Shown: positions 63,957-64,000 of the stretch, one piece after another
Position numbering within the stretch: position 1 is the first letter of the stretch
Layout: each line of letters starts with the position of its first letter
NCBI RefSeq assembly: GCF_006345805.1
Contig: NC_043001.1
Coordinates: 128,774,001-128,838,000, forward strand
Reading direction: 5' to 3'
DNA from: Octopus sinensis
Taxonomy: Eukaryota
DNA length: 64,000 bases
Translations under genes and position numbers: made by a program
Notes under the pieces: model-generated
What the model saw: only the letters and a program-made list of their open reading frames with translations
Told to the model about the DNA's origin: nothing
The model's database searches: none

Positions 63957-64000
63957 AGGTTGACCAAAAGTCACCTTACAGTAAACCAAAGCCATTTAAT

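Overview
This is eukaryotic, repeat-saturated DNA, most likely an intron-rich or intergenic octopus (coleoid cephalopod) locus; that assignment is inferred from the SINE families present. No complete protein-coding gene is recognisable, and nearly all long ORFs are translations of microsatellites. The window holds dozens of tRNA-derived SINEs (OK/OR-type, some as head-less concatemers) and RTE-tailed SINEs. It also holds decayed RTE and R4/Dong LINEs, Gypsy (Mag-like) LTR remnants, mariner/maT, piggyBac, Merlin, hAT and Helitron/Helentron derivatives, minisatellites and near-identical local tandem duplications. Two stand-outs: (1) a nearly full-length 7SL/SRP RNA copy (20820-21101) fused at its 3' U-tract to a young SINE 3' tail and inserted into an older SINE, a possible 7SL-SINE chimera or nascent SINE1; (2) a 471-bp terminally redundant, structured element inserted in a (TA)n tract, carrying a type I hammerhead ribozyme on the minus strand (46678-46781), i.e. 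retrozyme/Penelope-LTR-like. A second ~478-bp element has similar architecture. A few in-phase candidate exons on + (26696-26764, 27613-27667, possibly 36458-36510) may belong to an unidentified host gene. All calls were made by eye without database searches.
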